Virus record (IMG/VR): IMGVR_UViG_3300017978_000236 | DNA from: an uncultured virus (IMG/VR IMGVR_UViG_3300017978_000236) | Lineage: Duplodnaviria; Heunggongvirae; Uroviricota; Caudoviricetes; Crassvirales | Length of the DNA: 20,000 bases | Direction: 5' to 3' (one strand) | In this document: positions 6,361 through 15,900 of the stretch, in pieces | Layout: each line of letters begins with the position of its first letter | Position numbering within the stretch: position 1 is the stretch's first letter | Translations under genes and position numbers: made by a program | Notes under the pieces: model-generated | What the model was told of the DNA's origin: nothing | The model's input: only the letters and a program-made list of their open reading frames with translations | The model's database searches: none

Positions 6361-7935
6361 ATGATTGAAAAGGAAATACTTTATAAAGACGAAGCTAAGC
6401 AAAAATTAATTAATGGTGTTAATACAGTTGCCAATGCAGTTAAGGTTACACTTGGCGCTGCTGGTAGAAATGTAATCATCGAAGATGAAAGAGGGTTACC
6501 TCACGTTACTAAAGATGGTGTTACAGTAGCGAACTCTATTAACTTATCAGATCCAGTTGAGAATCTAGGTGCTAGTATTATCAAACAGGCATCAGACAGA
6601 AGCGCTCGTAACAGTGGAGATGGTACCACGACAACTTGTGTATTGACTCAGGCTTTGATTAAAGAATCTTTTGAAGTTATCAACGAAAACACAAACATTA
6701 CTCAATTCAAGAAAGGAATGGAGGAAGCTTGTGCTACAGTTGTTAAATCATTAAAAGAGAAGAGCAAGAAGGTCAGTAACAAAACTCTTAAGAGCGTATC
6801 TAGAATATCAGCTAACAATGATGCAGAGCTAGGTAATATCATTGCAGAGGCTTACATTAAAGTTGGTAAGGATGGTGTTGTTACTATGGAGGAGAGTTTA
6901 AATAATGATACTTACGTAAGTGTTATTGATGGAACTAAAATCAAGAAAGGGTACACATCTCCATACATGGTTACAAACCAGGAGAAACAAGAGGCTGTGC
7001 TAGAGAATCCTTTGGTGTTTGTATCAGACCAAGAAATTAAAAGTCTTGAGGATATCACCAGTGTTTTGGAAGTAGCTATTAAGAACAAAAGAAGTATTTT
7101 AATCATAGCAGATGTTGATACAGCTGTAATGAATGCTTTGAATGTTAATAAAGCAAAAGGTGTAATTAAAGTTAATGTAATCGCACCAGAGGGGATTGGT
7201 ATAAAAAGATTTGAATTACTTGAAGACTTGTGCGCTTTGACAGGTGCAGTGTTAGCTTCTGATGAGACTGGTAACGATTTATCAGCAGTTGACGCAAGTT
7301 ATTTGGGAGAAGCAATCAAATCAATCTCTACTAGTTTAGATACAGTACTTATCGTAGACCGACCAAAACACAAAGTTGATATTGACGCAAGGTTGAAAAG
7401 TATTAATGAGTCAATAGCAAATGCAGAGAACAGAATGAATCTGTGGCATTATAAAGATAGACTTAGTAGATTGAGTGGTGGTGTAGCTGTTGTACACGTA
7501 GGAGCCAATAGCGAGCTTGAGATGAAAGAAAAGAAGGATAGGGTAGATGATGCTATCCACGCTGTTAAAAGTGCCTTAGAAGAAGGTATTTTACCTGGAG
7601 GTGGAATAGCTCTAAGAAACTTATTAATAAGTCAATTCCAAAAGGACTCAAATCAAAGTTTTTATGATGGGTGGTACTCTGTTTTAAAATCACTTGATTA
7701 TCCTTTTGCACAAATATTAGATAACTCTGGAGTTGATTCAAGCAAAGTGGCTTCTAAGTTATTGAAGTCTGATTACTCATTTGGATATAATGTATTGACT
7801 GAAGAATTTGGAGATATGTACAAGATGGGTGTAATTGATTCAACTAAGGTTGTAAGAAATGCAATTGAGAACGCTGTCTCTGTATCAGCTACATTATTAA
7901 CAACCGAAGCAACGGTTACAAACAAAAGAGCATAA
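6361..7935 (+). CDS. groEL: Phage-encoded chaperonin GroEL (Cpn60)
   Basis: VKVTLG..GRNV, TKDGVTVA, GDGTTT, EMKEKKDRVDDA, EEGILPGGG motifs; lacks the GGM tail. Confidence 0.97.
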   Translation: MIEKEILYKDEAKQKLINGVNTVANAVKVTLGAAGRNVIIEDERGLPHVTKDGVTVANSINLSDPVENLGASIIKQASDRSARNSGDGTTTTCVLTQALIKESFEVINENTNITQFKKGMEEACATVVKSLKEKSKKVSNKTLKSVSRISANNDAELGNIIAEAYIKVGKDGVVTMEESLNNDTYVSVIDGTKIKKGYTSPYMVTNQEKQEAVLENPLVFVSDQEIKSLEDITSVLEVAIKNKRSILIIADVDTAVMNALNVNKAKGVIKVNVIAPEGIGIKRFELLEDLCALTGAVLASDETGNDLSAVDASYLGEAIKSISTSLDTVLIVDRPKHKVDIDARLKSINESIANAENRMNLWHYKDRLSRLSGGVAVVHVGANSELEMKEKKDRVDDAIHAVKSALEEGILPGGGIALRNLLISQFQKDSNQSFYDGWYSVLKSLDYPFAQILDNSGVDSSKVASKLLKSDYSFGYNVLTEEFGDMYKMGVIDSTKVVRNAIENAVSVSATLLTTEATVTNKRA

Positions 7936-8192
7936 TGAGAGCATTTGGAAAAACAATAGTTATCTCTGAAATAAAAGAGGAGGTTAAAAACAAGCTAGGT
8001 CTTATTATAACAGAAGCTAACGATAGAGATATCAGATATAAGCTTGGAGTTGTAAAGATGGTTGGAGAAGATGTTACTAGTCTTAAAGAAGGTGATAAAC
8101 TTTATTTTGATAAGATAAATGCAAGTGAGCTTAGATTAGAAGGAAGTAAATATTTGATTATAAACCTAAGTGACGTAAGAGTCGTAATTTAA
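7935..8192 (+). CDS. groES: Phage co-chaperonin GroES (Cpn10)
   Basis: 85 aa; mobile loop GLII, G.V..VG, K.GD.L.F, Y.II..SDV; TAATG-coupled to groEL. Confidence 0.9.
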   Translation: MRAFGKTIVISEIKEEVKNKLGLIITEANDRDIRYKLGVVKMVGEDVTSLKEGDKLYFDKINASELRLEGSKYLIINLSDVRVVI

Positions 8193-8203
8193 TTTAATTT
8201 AAC

Positions 8204-8434
8204 ATGTTAGAATTTAAAAAACGATCTAGTAATTTACTAGACAGAAAAGCAAATGCATTATCTATCTTTTCTAAAACAAGAGAAACGTTAATGAAGTTAA
8301 TGGCAGACCAAGCTGGATACGGTATGCAAATAGAGGATAAGATATTCGAATTGGTTGAAGAGAAAGATCTGATGCAAAGAGAGTACGATTCTACCGCTAA
8401 GATAGTAAGGAAGATTGATGATTTTTTAAGTTAG
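8204..8434 (+). CDS. Small coiled-coil protein
   Basis: 76-aa helical ORF, last gene before the terminator. Confidence 0.75.
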   Translation: MLEFKKRSSNLLDRKANALSIFSKTRETLMKLMADQAGYGMQIEDKIFELVEEKDLMQREYDSTAKIVRKIDDFLS

Positions 8435-8443
8435 TATTTAATC

Positions 8444-8473
8444 GGGGTAGTTATTCTACCCCTTTTCTTTTTT
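8444..8473 (+). terminator. Intrinsic terminator of the groEL operon
   Basis: GGGGTAG-TTATT-CTACCCC followed by TTTTCTTTTTT; overlaps the stop of the convergent gene. Confidence 0.85.
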
Positions 8474-8975
8474 CATTCATTTGTCTAATTAATTTAGCAT
8501 ACATCTTATCGCTAAAAGACACGTTACTTTTAAACAAAGGATTTATTTGGGCGTTCTGAGGTATAGCCTCACCTTCTAGATGTCTATACATTTTATTACA
8601 TGCCATCTTATATTTATGAGTAAGGACATATAGTTTCTTCTCTCTAGTACCTTCCCTCCATACTTTCACTATCTCTCTCTCCTCAAATTTATCTATCCAG
8701 TTCATTGTAGAGAAACCAAGTGTACATGCGTAACTATTAAATGTTTCTTTTGTAAATACATTCTCATCGTATAGAAATAAAAGTAATTCTAGTTCAGATA
8801 AACTTAACTCATATTTCTTTTGTATGTACTTCCTAGCTACTCTAAAGTACTTTAAGTATGATGATGCCTTCTCGTTAAAATGATAGTTTTTAGGTTTATC
8901 AAGTTTGCGTTTTGACACAGCAACTTCCTTCTCCTTTATTATCCTATTCATTTTTCTATAAATGATTTTCCCCAT
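8451..8975 (-). CDS. MarR-like winged-helix DNA-binding protein, putative regulator
   Basis: YELSLSELELLLFLY ... IVKVWRE...KLYVLT.K wHTH pattern; divergent from the late operon. Confidence 0.65.
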   Translation of the reverse strand: MGKIIYRKMNRIIKEKEVAVSKRKLDKPKNYHFNEKASSYLKYFRVARKYIQKKYELSLSELELLLFLYDENVFTKETFNSYACTLGFSTMNWIDKFEEREIVKVWREGTREKKLYVLTHKYKMACNKMYRHLEGEAIPQNAQINPLFKSNVSFSDKMYAKLIRQMNEKRKGVE

Positions 8976-8995
8976 TATATTGTATTAAATTACTG

Positions 8996-9026
8996 CAAAT
9001 GTAAAATAAAAAAATATGTAACTTTG
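8996..9026. promoter_or_regulatory. Back-to-back divergent -7 promoter boxes
   Basis: Minus TACATTTG (8996-9003) and plus TAACTTTG (9019-9026), both matching TAnnTTTG. Confidence 0.7.
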
Positions 9027-9049
9027 CAAAGATTTATAATTAAGTTGTT

Positions 9050-9316
9050 ATGGTTAATAAAAAAGAAATGTCTTGCAATAGTCCAAAAAGGACTCCAGGT
9101 CATCCTACAAAGTCTCATATTGTTAAGACTTGTTATGATGGTACTGAGAAGATTATACGTTTCGGAGAGCAAGGAGCTAGCACTGCTGGAAAGCCTAAGT
9201 CTGGAGAAAGTAATCGTATGAAAGCAAAGAGAGCTTCGTTTAAAGCAAGACATGGAAAGAATATAGCAAAAGGAAAATCAAGTGCAGCTTATTGGGCTGA
9301 TAAAGTTAAATGGTAA
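9050..9316 (+). CDS. Small basic phage protein (IRFG...KRASFKARH...SAAYWADKVKW)
   Basis: 88 aa; motif pattern familiar from aquatic phages; first gene after the promoter. Confidence 0.85.
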   Translation: MVNKKEMSCNSPKRTPGHPTKSHIVKTCYDGTEKIIRFGEQGASTAGKPKSGESNRMKAKRASFKARHGKNIAKGKSSAAYWADKVKW

Positions 9317-9320
9317 TATT

Positions 9321-9491
9321 ATGGTAAGAAAATCAAAGGGATTAGGAGACTCAATAGAGAAACTAACAAAGGCTACTGGAATAAAAACCTTAGTTGAGAA
9401 GACGGTTCCAGATTGCGGATGTCAAGCTAGACAAGAAGCATTAAATAATCCAAATCTATTAGTAAACAAAATATTTTATAAAGAAAAATAA
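9321..9491 (+). CDS. Small protein with GLGD...TGIK...CGC motif
   Basis: ATG 9321 preferred over the ORF-track start at 9282. Confidence 0.8.
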   Translation: MVRKSKGLGDSIEKLTKATGIKTLVEKTVPDCGCQARQEALNNPNLLVNKIFYKEK

Positions 9492-9492
9492 T

Positions 9493-9624
9493 ATGCCACT
9501 AAAGAAAGGATGTAGTAGTAAAGTTATATCTTCTAATATAAAAATGGAGATGAAACATGGTAAACCACAAAAACAAGCTATAGCTATTGCGTTGTCAAAG
9601 GCTGGTAAAACTAAAAAGAAATAA
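9493..9624 (+). CDS. Small basic protein ([43 protein letters not shown])
   Basis: Manual translation; KQAIAIALS motif familiar from phage virion-region genes. Confidence 0.85.
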   Translation: MPLKKGCSSKVISSNIKMEMKHGKPQKQAIAIALSKAGKTKKK

Positions 9625-9626
9625 TT

Positions 9627-10166
9627 ATGGCAATTGATCCACCTGTAAAGACTAAGGTAACTGTAGATCCAGACACTGGAGCTAGAGTATTCAACCAATC
9701 TTGGAGTTCTGAGATTAAAAAGAAACAACCAATCGTTAGAAAACCAGTTAGTAGAGATACATTTGTAACTGAGAAAAAAGCAGTTGTAAAACCTACTGCT
9801 AAACTTGTTGCTAAAGAAAGCGTTGAGAAAACATCTGGAGAAAGAAAATTCTCAGAAGTTGTTGTTCCTAAACCAGCTCCAGCTAAGGGAATGGAATTAA
9901 AAGGTAATGCAAACATGAAAAATAGAGCTCCTCAATCAATTCACAAAGAGAAGCTTAAGATAAAAGCTAAATACGATAGTGAAGCATTTGACAAGAGGGT
10001 TATGGAGATGTATCCAGGGAAAACACTTGAAAAAGCAACTGAGAAGTATTATAATGTAAAAAGAAGACAAGATAAAAGAGGAGAGAGAGAAGTAGAGAGA
10101 GACTGGCAAAGTAGAGTTGGTGGATCTAATTCTAAAAATAAAGATAGCGCTTGTAGAACTTGCTAA
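9627..10166 (+). CDS. Basic, low-complexity hypothetical protein with terminal CRTC
   Basis: 179-aa ORF in the operon. Confidence 0.8.
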   Translation: MAIDPPVKTKVTVDPDTGARVFNQSWSSEIKKKQPIVRKPVSRDTFVTEKKAVVKPTAKLVAKESVEKTSGERKFSEVVVPKPAPAKGMELKGNANMKNRAPQSIHKEKLKIKAKYDSEAFDKRVMEMYPGKTLEKATEKYYNVKRRQDKRGEREVERDWQSRVGGSNSKNKDSACRTC

Positions 10167-10179
10167 TAAATAAATAGAT

Positions 10180-10308
10180 ATGAAAAAAGTAATGGTTAAA
10201 AAGGAAATGCCTAAAAAGGCTATGGTTAAAGGAGATGCTAAAAAAGCACCTAGTAAAAAACAAGAAGCTTTTCTTAAAATGATAGCTGCTAAATCTAAAA
10301 AGAAATAA
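10180..10308 (+). CDS. Lys-rich peptide (MKKVMVKKEMPKKAMVKGDAKKAPSKKQEAFLKMIAAKSKKK)
   Basis: Manual translation; fills the gap in the operon. Confidence 0.75.
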   Translation: MKKVMVKKEMPKKAMVKGDAKKAPSKKQEAFLKMIAAKSKKK

Positions 10309-10311
10309 GAC

Positions 10312-10611
10312 ATGTTACAGCCTAAAAAAAAGAATACAAAAGTAATAGTTAAACCAAAGTTTACAATGTTTGGTCAAGCTAATGCTGCTAGAAATAACTC
10401 TGAAGGAGAATACACTGACACACCTGCTAAAAGACAAGACAGCCTAGAGTATAGAGCTGGATTTAATTTAGGTGTTAGAAACAAATTAAAAGGTCAGACT
10501 AAGAAAATGTACCAAGAAACTGAATTCCAAAAGATGGGAAGATGGGAAGGTCAGAATCATTCTTTTAAAAACGAAGATGCTAAAGTTATAGCTAAAAAAG
10601 TAGGTAACTAA
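10312..10611 (+). CDS. Basic hypothetical protein
   Basis: 99-aa ORF, coupled to the next gene. Confidence 0.8.
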   Translation: MLQPKKKNTKVIVKPKFTMFGQANAARNNSEGEYTDTPAKRQDSLEYRAGFNLGVRNKLKGQTKKMYQETEFQKMGRWEGQNHSFKNEDAKVIAKKVGN

Positions 10612-10862
10612 TGGGACTAGGTAGAACTGCTAAATATTATAGAGAAAATCCAGAGGCTAGAAAAAAGCATCAGAAAACTTCTAAAGAAGCAGCAGCTAAA
10701 CCTGAAGCTATTAAGAAAAGAATGGAGGCTAATAAGTTCAATAGAATGAAAGGAACTTATGGTAATGGAGATGGAATGGATGCAAGTCATGTTAATGGAA
10801 AGGTAACAAAACTTGAGAAGGCAAAGACAAATAGAGCTCGTGGTGGAGCTTTAAAAAAATAA
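10611..10862 (+). CDS. Small basic protein with degenerate HNH-like motif
   Basis: GDGMDASH...NRAR resembles the minimal phage HNH-like GDGKDVSH...NR.RN proteins. Confidence 0.7.
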   Translation: MGLGRTAKYYRENPEARKKHQKTSKEAAAKPEAIKKRMEANKFNRMKGTYGNGDGMDASHVNGKVTKLEKAKTNRARGGALKK

Positions 10863-10865
10863 TAA

Positions 10866-11210
10866 ATGAAAGACAGTTGCTATAAAAAAGTAAAGGCTCA
10901 ATATGATGTTTTCCCATCAGCAAGAGCTTCTCAGGCAATTGCCAAATGTAGAAAAGCTAGTGGAACTGTTAAGAAAACAGAGAAAGGAACTAGTCTTAAA
11001 AGATGGGAGAATGAAAATTGGGTAGATACTAAGAGTGGGAAAGCTTGTGGTGCTGGTGGTAAGAACGAGTATTGCAGACCTACTAAAAGAGTTTCTTCTA
11101 AAACTCCTGTTACAAAATCAGAGATGTCTTCTTCAGCACTAGCGAAAAAGAAAGCTGAGAAAAGCATAGTTGGTATGGGTAGTAGGGTAAAATCCATTAA
11201 AAAAAAATAA
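10866..11210 (+). CDS. Basic Cys-containing viral protein (DUF5872-like)
   Basis: LKRW..E.WVD...CG...CRP.KRVS.KTP.T motif; family name from recollection. Confidence 0.7.
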   Translation: MKDSCYKKVKAQYDVFPSARASQAIAKCRKASGTVKKTEKGTSLKRWENENWVDTKSGKACGAGGKNEYCRPTKRVSSKTPVTKSEMSSSALAKKKAEKSIVGMGSRVKSIKKK

Positions 11211-11909
11211 ATGGCTAGAATAAGCACTTATGAAATAGATTCTCTTGTTACGGCTAACGACAAATGGATTGGTACTGATTTTAGTGGTGGGATAACTAAA
11301 AACTTTACACCACAGAAGTTAGCTGATTTCTATAATGAGTCTGGTATATTAGGAGTTGTCAATCAGATAAACTTTAAGTACCATCAAACATTCATTGGAG
11401 AAAGACCAGTGGGATCTTTAACTACATCAGCTCAAGCACCCACTTTCTCTTCGTTAACTAACATAAAGGTTAGTGAAAAGAATAGTGGGTTAAAGTATAT
11501 AGTAGACGTTCTTGAATCTTTCTTGAACGATACCATAATGATTGGCGATACGTCAGACCCAAACAAATTTGCTATATATAATTTAAAAAATATACAGCAA
11601 GACACATTAGATCCAAAGTTCTACAATCTAACATTAGAATTTGTAGAAGGAAATGGAAGTCTACAAGATACACACGTATACGGAATAACTTCGTTAGCAG
11701 ATAGCTCTTCTAAAGATAAGCATTTTGTACATACTCAAAACTCGGCATCTAGCTCTTGGAGTATAACACACGGTCTTAATAAATACCCTTCTGTATCAAT
11801 AATTGATTCGGGTAATAATATCGTAGTTGGAGATATAGAATACACATCATTAAATACATTAACATTAAGATTTAACGCTTCTTTCTCTGGAAAAGCATAT
11901 CTAAACTAA
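11211..11909 (+). CDS. Putative tail/baseplate structural protein
   Basis: MARISTY N-terminus; C-terminal W.I.HGL..YPSV...D...G.I.Y......F...FSGKAYLN beta domain typical of tail proteins. Confidence 0.7.
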   Translation: MARISTYEIDSLVTANDKWIGTDFSGGITKNFTPQKLADFYNESGILGVVNQINFKYHQTFIGERPVGSLTTSAQAPTFSSLTNIKVSEKNSGLKYIVDVLESFLNDTIMIGDTSDPNKFAIYNLKNIQQDTLDPKFYNLTLEFVEGNGSLQDTHVYGITSLADSSSKDKHFVHTQNSASSSWSITHGLNKYPSVSIIDSGNNIVVGDIEYTSLNTLTLRFNASFSGKAYLN

Positions 11910-11922
11910 TAATAAAGAAAAC

Positions 11923-12975
11923 ATGAAACACTTAAGTAATTTAGATTTAACGGGTAATCAGTTACAGAATGCTGTAATACATCCGCTTGGAACACCTCCT
12001 TCTGGACCTAGCGAAGGTCAGATATATTTTGACTCTTCTGCTGGAGATAAAAAATTATACTTCTTTAATGGTACTCAATGGATTGCTATTCAAGATACAG
12101 ATAATTATGTTGATGAGGTAGCTTTTTCAACTGGAACTGGTACATTAACCTTAGGTAGATCTGGAGCTTTAGCAGACTTAACTGTTAGCTTAGATGGTAG
12201 ATACTTGACAGCTCACCCAGCTACAAGCCCATCTCCATCTGTAAACAATTCTGGAAGAACATATATTCAAGATATAACATTAGACTCATTCGGTCATATT
12301 GTTGGTATTACATCAGCAACTGAGACTATGGAGGGTAAAATCTATAGCGTATCTGTAGGTGCTGGTGGAGCAAACTCTGCTACTATTGTATTAGCAGATA
12401 ATGAAGGAGGAAGTGATACAGTTACTATCTCTGGCACTACTGGTGAAATACAGGTTACTGAAAGTGGAGATCAAATAAATATTGGATTACCTGATGATGT
12501 AAACATTACTAACGACTTAGTTGTTGGTGGTAACTTAACTGTTAATGGATCTGTTACAACTGTTAATACAGAGACAATTTTATTAGCTGATAACATCATA
12601 ACTTTAAATAGTAATGCTACTGGAACACCGACTGAAAATGCAGGTGTTGAAGTAGAGAGAGGTGATTTAGCTAATGTATATATTAGATGGAATGAAACAA
12701 GTGATAGATGGGAATTTACAAATGACGGTACTAACTATAGTGTTATACCAGTTGGATCAGATTCTCACTACGCTACATTTATAGGAGGTGCTACTTCTAT
12801 ACCAGTTACTCATAACTTGGGAACTAAAGACGTAAGAGTTGAATTGTACGATGTTGCAACTTCAGAAACAGTTTATTCTGATATTGTTAGAACTAGTAAT
12901 AGTGTAGTTACAATTTCATTCACAACTGCTCCAGCTACAGCTTCAATAAGAGTATTGATTAGCAAGGTTGGATAA
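11923..12975 (+). CDS. Putative tail fibre/structural protein
   Basis: G/T/S-rich; GNLTVNGSVTTVNT...DNIITLN, G.EVERG and THNLGT.DV.V.LYD motifs. Confidence 0.75.
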   Translation: MKHLSNLDLTGNQLQNAVIHPLGTPPSGPSEGQIYFDSSAGDKKLYFFNGTQWIAIQDTDNYVDEVAFSTGTGTLTLGRSGALADLTVSLDGRYLTAHPATSPSPSVNNSGRTYIQDITLDSFGHIVGITSATETMEGKIYSVSVGAGGANSATIVLADNEGGSDTVTISGTTGEIQVTESGDQINIGLPDDVNITNDLVVGGNLTVNGSVTTVNTETILLADNIITLNSNATGTPTENAGVEVERGDLANVYIRWNETSDRWEFTNDGTNYSVIPVGSDSHYATFIGGATSIPVTHNLGTKDVRVELYDVATSETVYSDIVRTSNSVVTISFTTAPATASIRVLISKVG

Positions 12976-12994
12976 TAAATAATAAAATCTCAAT

Positions 12995-15900
12995 ATGAGC
13001 CAAAAAATAAAAACATCCGTTGAAATCGACGGCTCTTTAAGTGCTTCACAAATAGCTAACGCCACAACAGATACTGATAAGTTTTTGGTATCTGATGGCG
13101 GGACTATAAAATATAGAACAGGAGCTGAGTTAGCTACTGATTTAGGAATATCTGCTGGAGTAACTTCTAAAGTTCAACACCAAGTAAAGGCAGGTGTTGC
13201 AATAAATAAAGGTCAAGCAGTTTATGTAACAGGTGCAGATGGAACTAATATGATTGTTGGGTTAGCATCTAATGCTACTGAAGCAACATCATCTAAAACA
13301 ATGGGATTACTTAATGCCACTGTTTCTGCTAACGGTTTTGCAGATGTTATAACTGAAGGATTGTTAGATGGTTTAGACACTAGCACAGCCGTTGTTGGTA
13401 ATCCTGTTTGGTTAGGAACTGGAGGAAATCTTATTTATGGATTGGCTAATAAACCATACGCTCCAGCGCATTTAGTATTTATTGGTATTGTTACTAGAGT
13501 TAACGCTAACAATGGAGAAATATTCGTTAAGGTACAAAATGGGTTTGAACTTGACGAAATACATGATATAGACCTAAAAACTACAACACCTATTAATGGT
13601 CATCTATTAGGATATAATGGAACATTATGGGTAAACAAAACAATAGCTGGTTGGTTAGGATATACACCACAAGCGCAACTTAATGGAACAGGATTTGTAA
13701 AGGCATCAGGTACTACAATTACTTATGATAATACATCTTACTATCCAGCTTCAAACCCTAATGGGTATATTTCTACTTATACAGAAACGGATACATTAGC
13801 ATCGGTTACAGGTAGAGGTGCTTTAACAAATACGCCAATATCTATTAGTGCTGGGACATTAAACCACTTGACTCTAGCAGAAAGATTTAATCTTGTTGGT
13901 GGATCAAATTTCCATATTACAAATAACGCATATTACGATTCTGGTTTTAAATACAAGTTTGCTGACTTGGCAACTAAACTTGCATTACAAGCTGATGGAA
14001 TACTTTCGTACCAAACAGCTGTAACTGGTACAATTGGTGCTGCTGTAACTTTTGATACAAAATTTTCTGTAGACTCTAGTGGTAATTTAACAGTACCTGG
14101 TACTTTAAGTGCTTCTGGATATAATAAAACGAATTGGGATACAGCTTTTGGATGGGGTAACCATGCAGGTTTATATTTAGGAATAAATTCAAAAGCAGCA
14201 GACTCAGAATTATTAGATGGTATAGATTCTACTAGAGTAATATTTGGTGATAACTCTACTGGTACAATTAGTATAAGTGACGCTACTTTAAACGGAGCTT
14301 TAAAAAGCGGATTTTATACAGTAGGAACAGGAGGGATACCAAATGCTACTAGTGTTAACTTTGTCTTACACACTGCTTATAATGGAGTTGGTAATGCCGC
14401 TGGGTTTGACTTGGCGTGTAATGATAGCACTACTAGTTCATTTTATTTAAGACCAGCTACTGGCGGAGGCAAGGGATCTTGGCAAACAATTGTTACTTCG
14501 GCGAATATTGGATCATACGCTGTTCCTTCATCAAGAACAATAACTATTAACGGTGTATCGCAAGATTTATCATCCAATAGAAGCTGGACTGTAAGCGGAA
14601 CAGTAACATCTGGAGTTAGTATAACTTCTGCTGGATCAGCTAATAACACCCCATCAACACCTTCTGTTAATATAGGTATGTATGTTGATACATACGCTTT
14701 TATAGATTTAGCTACTGCAAACTCCCAAGGGAGCTGGATAGATTTTAGTAAAGCAGATGGAAGTGATTACGGTGGTAGAATTAGATATGTAAACGTAAGT
14801 GATTATTTTAGTATATCAGCTGGAGCTAACGAACAGGTGAGAATATTTAGTTCAAACGCAGAAGCATTAGGTTCTTTTAGAGCTCCATTATTCTACGATT
14901 CAAATGACACGTCATATTATGTAAATCCAGCAGGGGCTTCTATATTAAACGGATTAAAGCTAGTAAGTTCAGGTGATCAAGCTTCTGGTAATGATTATAC
15001 TTTATGGATACAAGGAAGTAGTAATGACTGGGGAATTGCGGTTGATAAACCATCGTCAGATTATTCTTCTAAATGGAATTTAGCAGCATCTCATTCTTAT
15101 GGACTTCAGGGTTTAAAAAATTCATCTGAATACTTTAGGGTAGGTACTGATTTAATGTACCATGATACTCAAATGAGATCGCCTATATTTTATGATAATA
15201 ACAACACGGGTTATTATGTAGATCCTGCTTCAACAAGTAATTTAGCATTACTTAGTCTTTATGGTCATGATAATCAATTAAAAATAAATACTTATTCTGG
15301 TGGAGCTTCAGGATGGTTTGCTCAAGAAGCAGGAGTAAATAAATGGGAGACTTATCATTATCAGGGTAGATACAGATGGTACAATTATACTACAGCTCAA
15401 GAAGAGGCGTTTTTAGATAATTCTGGAGGATATTTTCAAGTTAGGACATCTATGAGAGCCCCTGTATTCTATGATTCAAATGATACTACATATTATTTTG
15501 ATGGATCAGGAGGTACTAGACAGAGCAGATATTTAACAATATCAGGAGGAGGGTCTGGAAATAACGGTAATGAATTAGTTGTAGGAAATACTTCTGTACA
15601 GTACTCATTACAAGATACAAACTTACGCCCAATTATACAGGCTACAGGTGCTTATCCTGTTTTAACGCTAAATCATACAGTAACATCAAATGGTTCGCAC
15701 GGAGCTACCGTTCAATTTACTTCAAATGGAGTTGGTAATCAATTTGTTATAGGTAGTAGTGGTAATGGATCAAGATTAGATATAGGAACAGCATCAAATT
15801 CAAACTGGAATCCACATAATGGTATTGATAACTACCAAGGGACTACTGGATGGAGAATGGATACTTCTGGAAATGTTCATAACTTAGTATCTAATAGATC

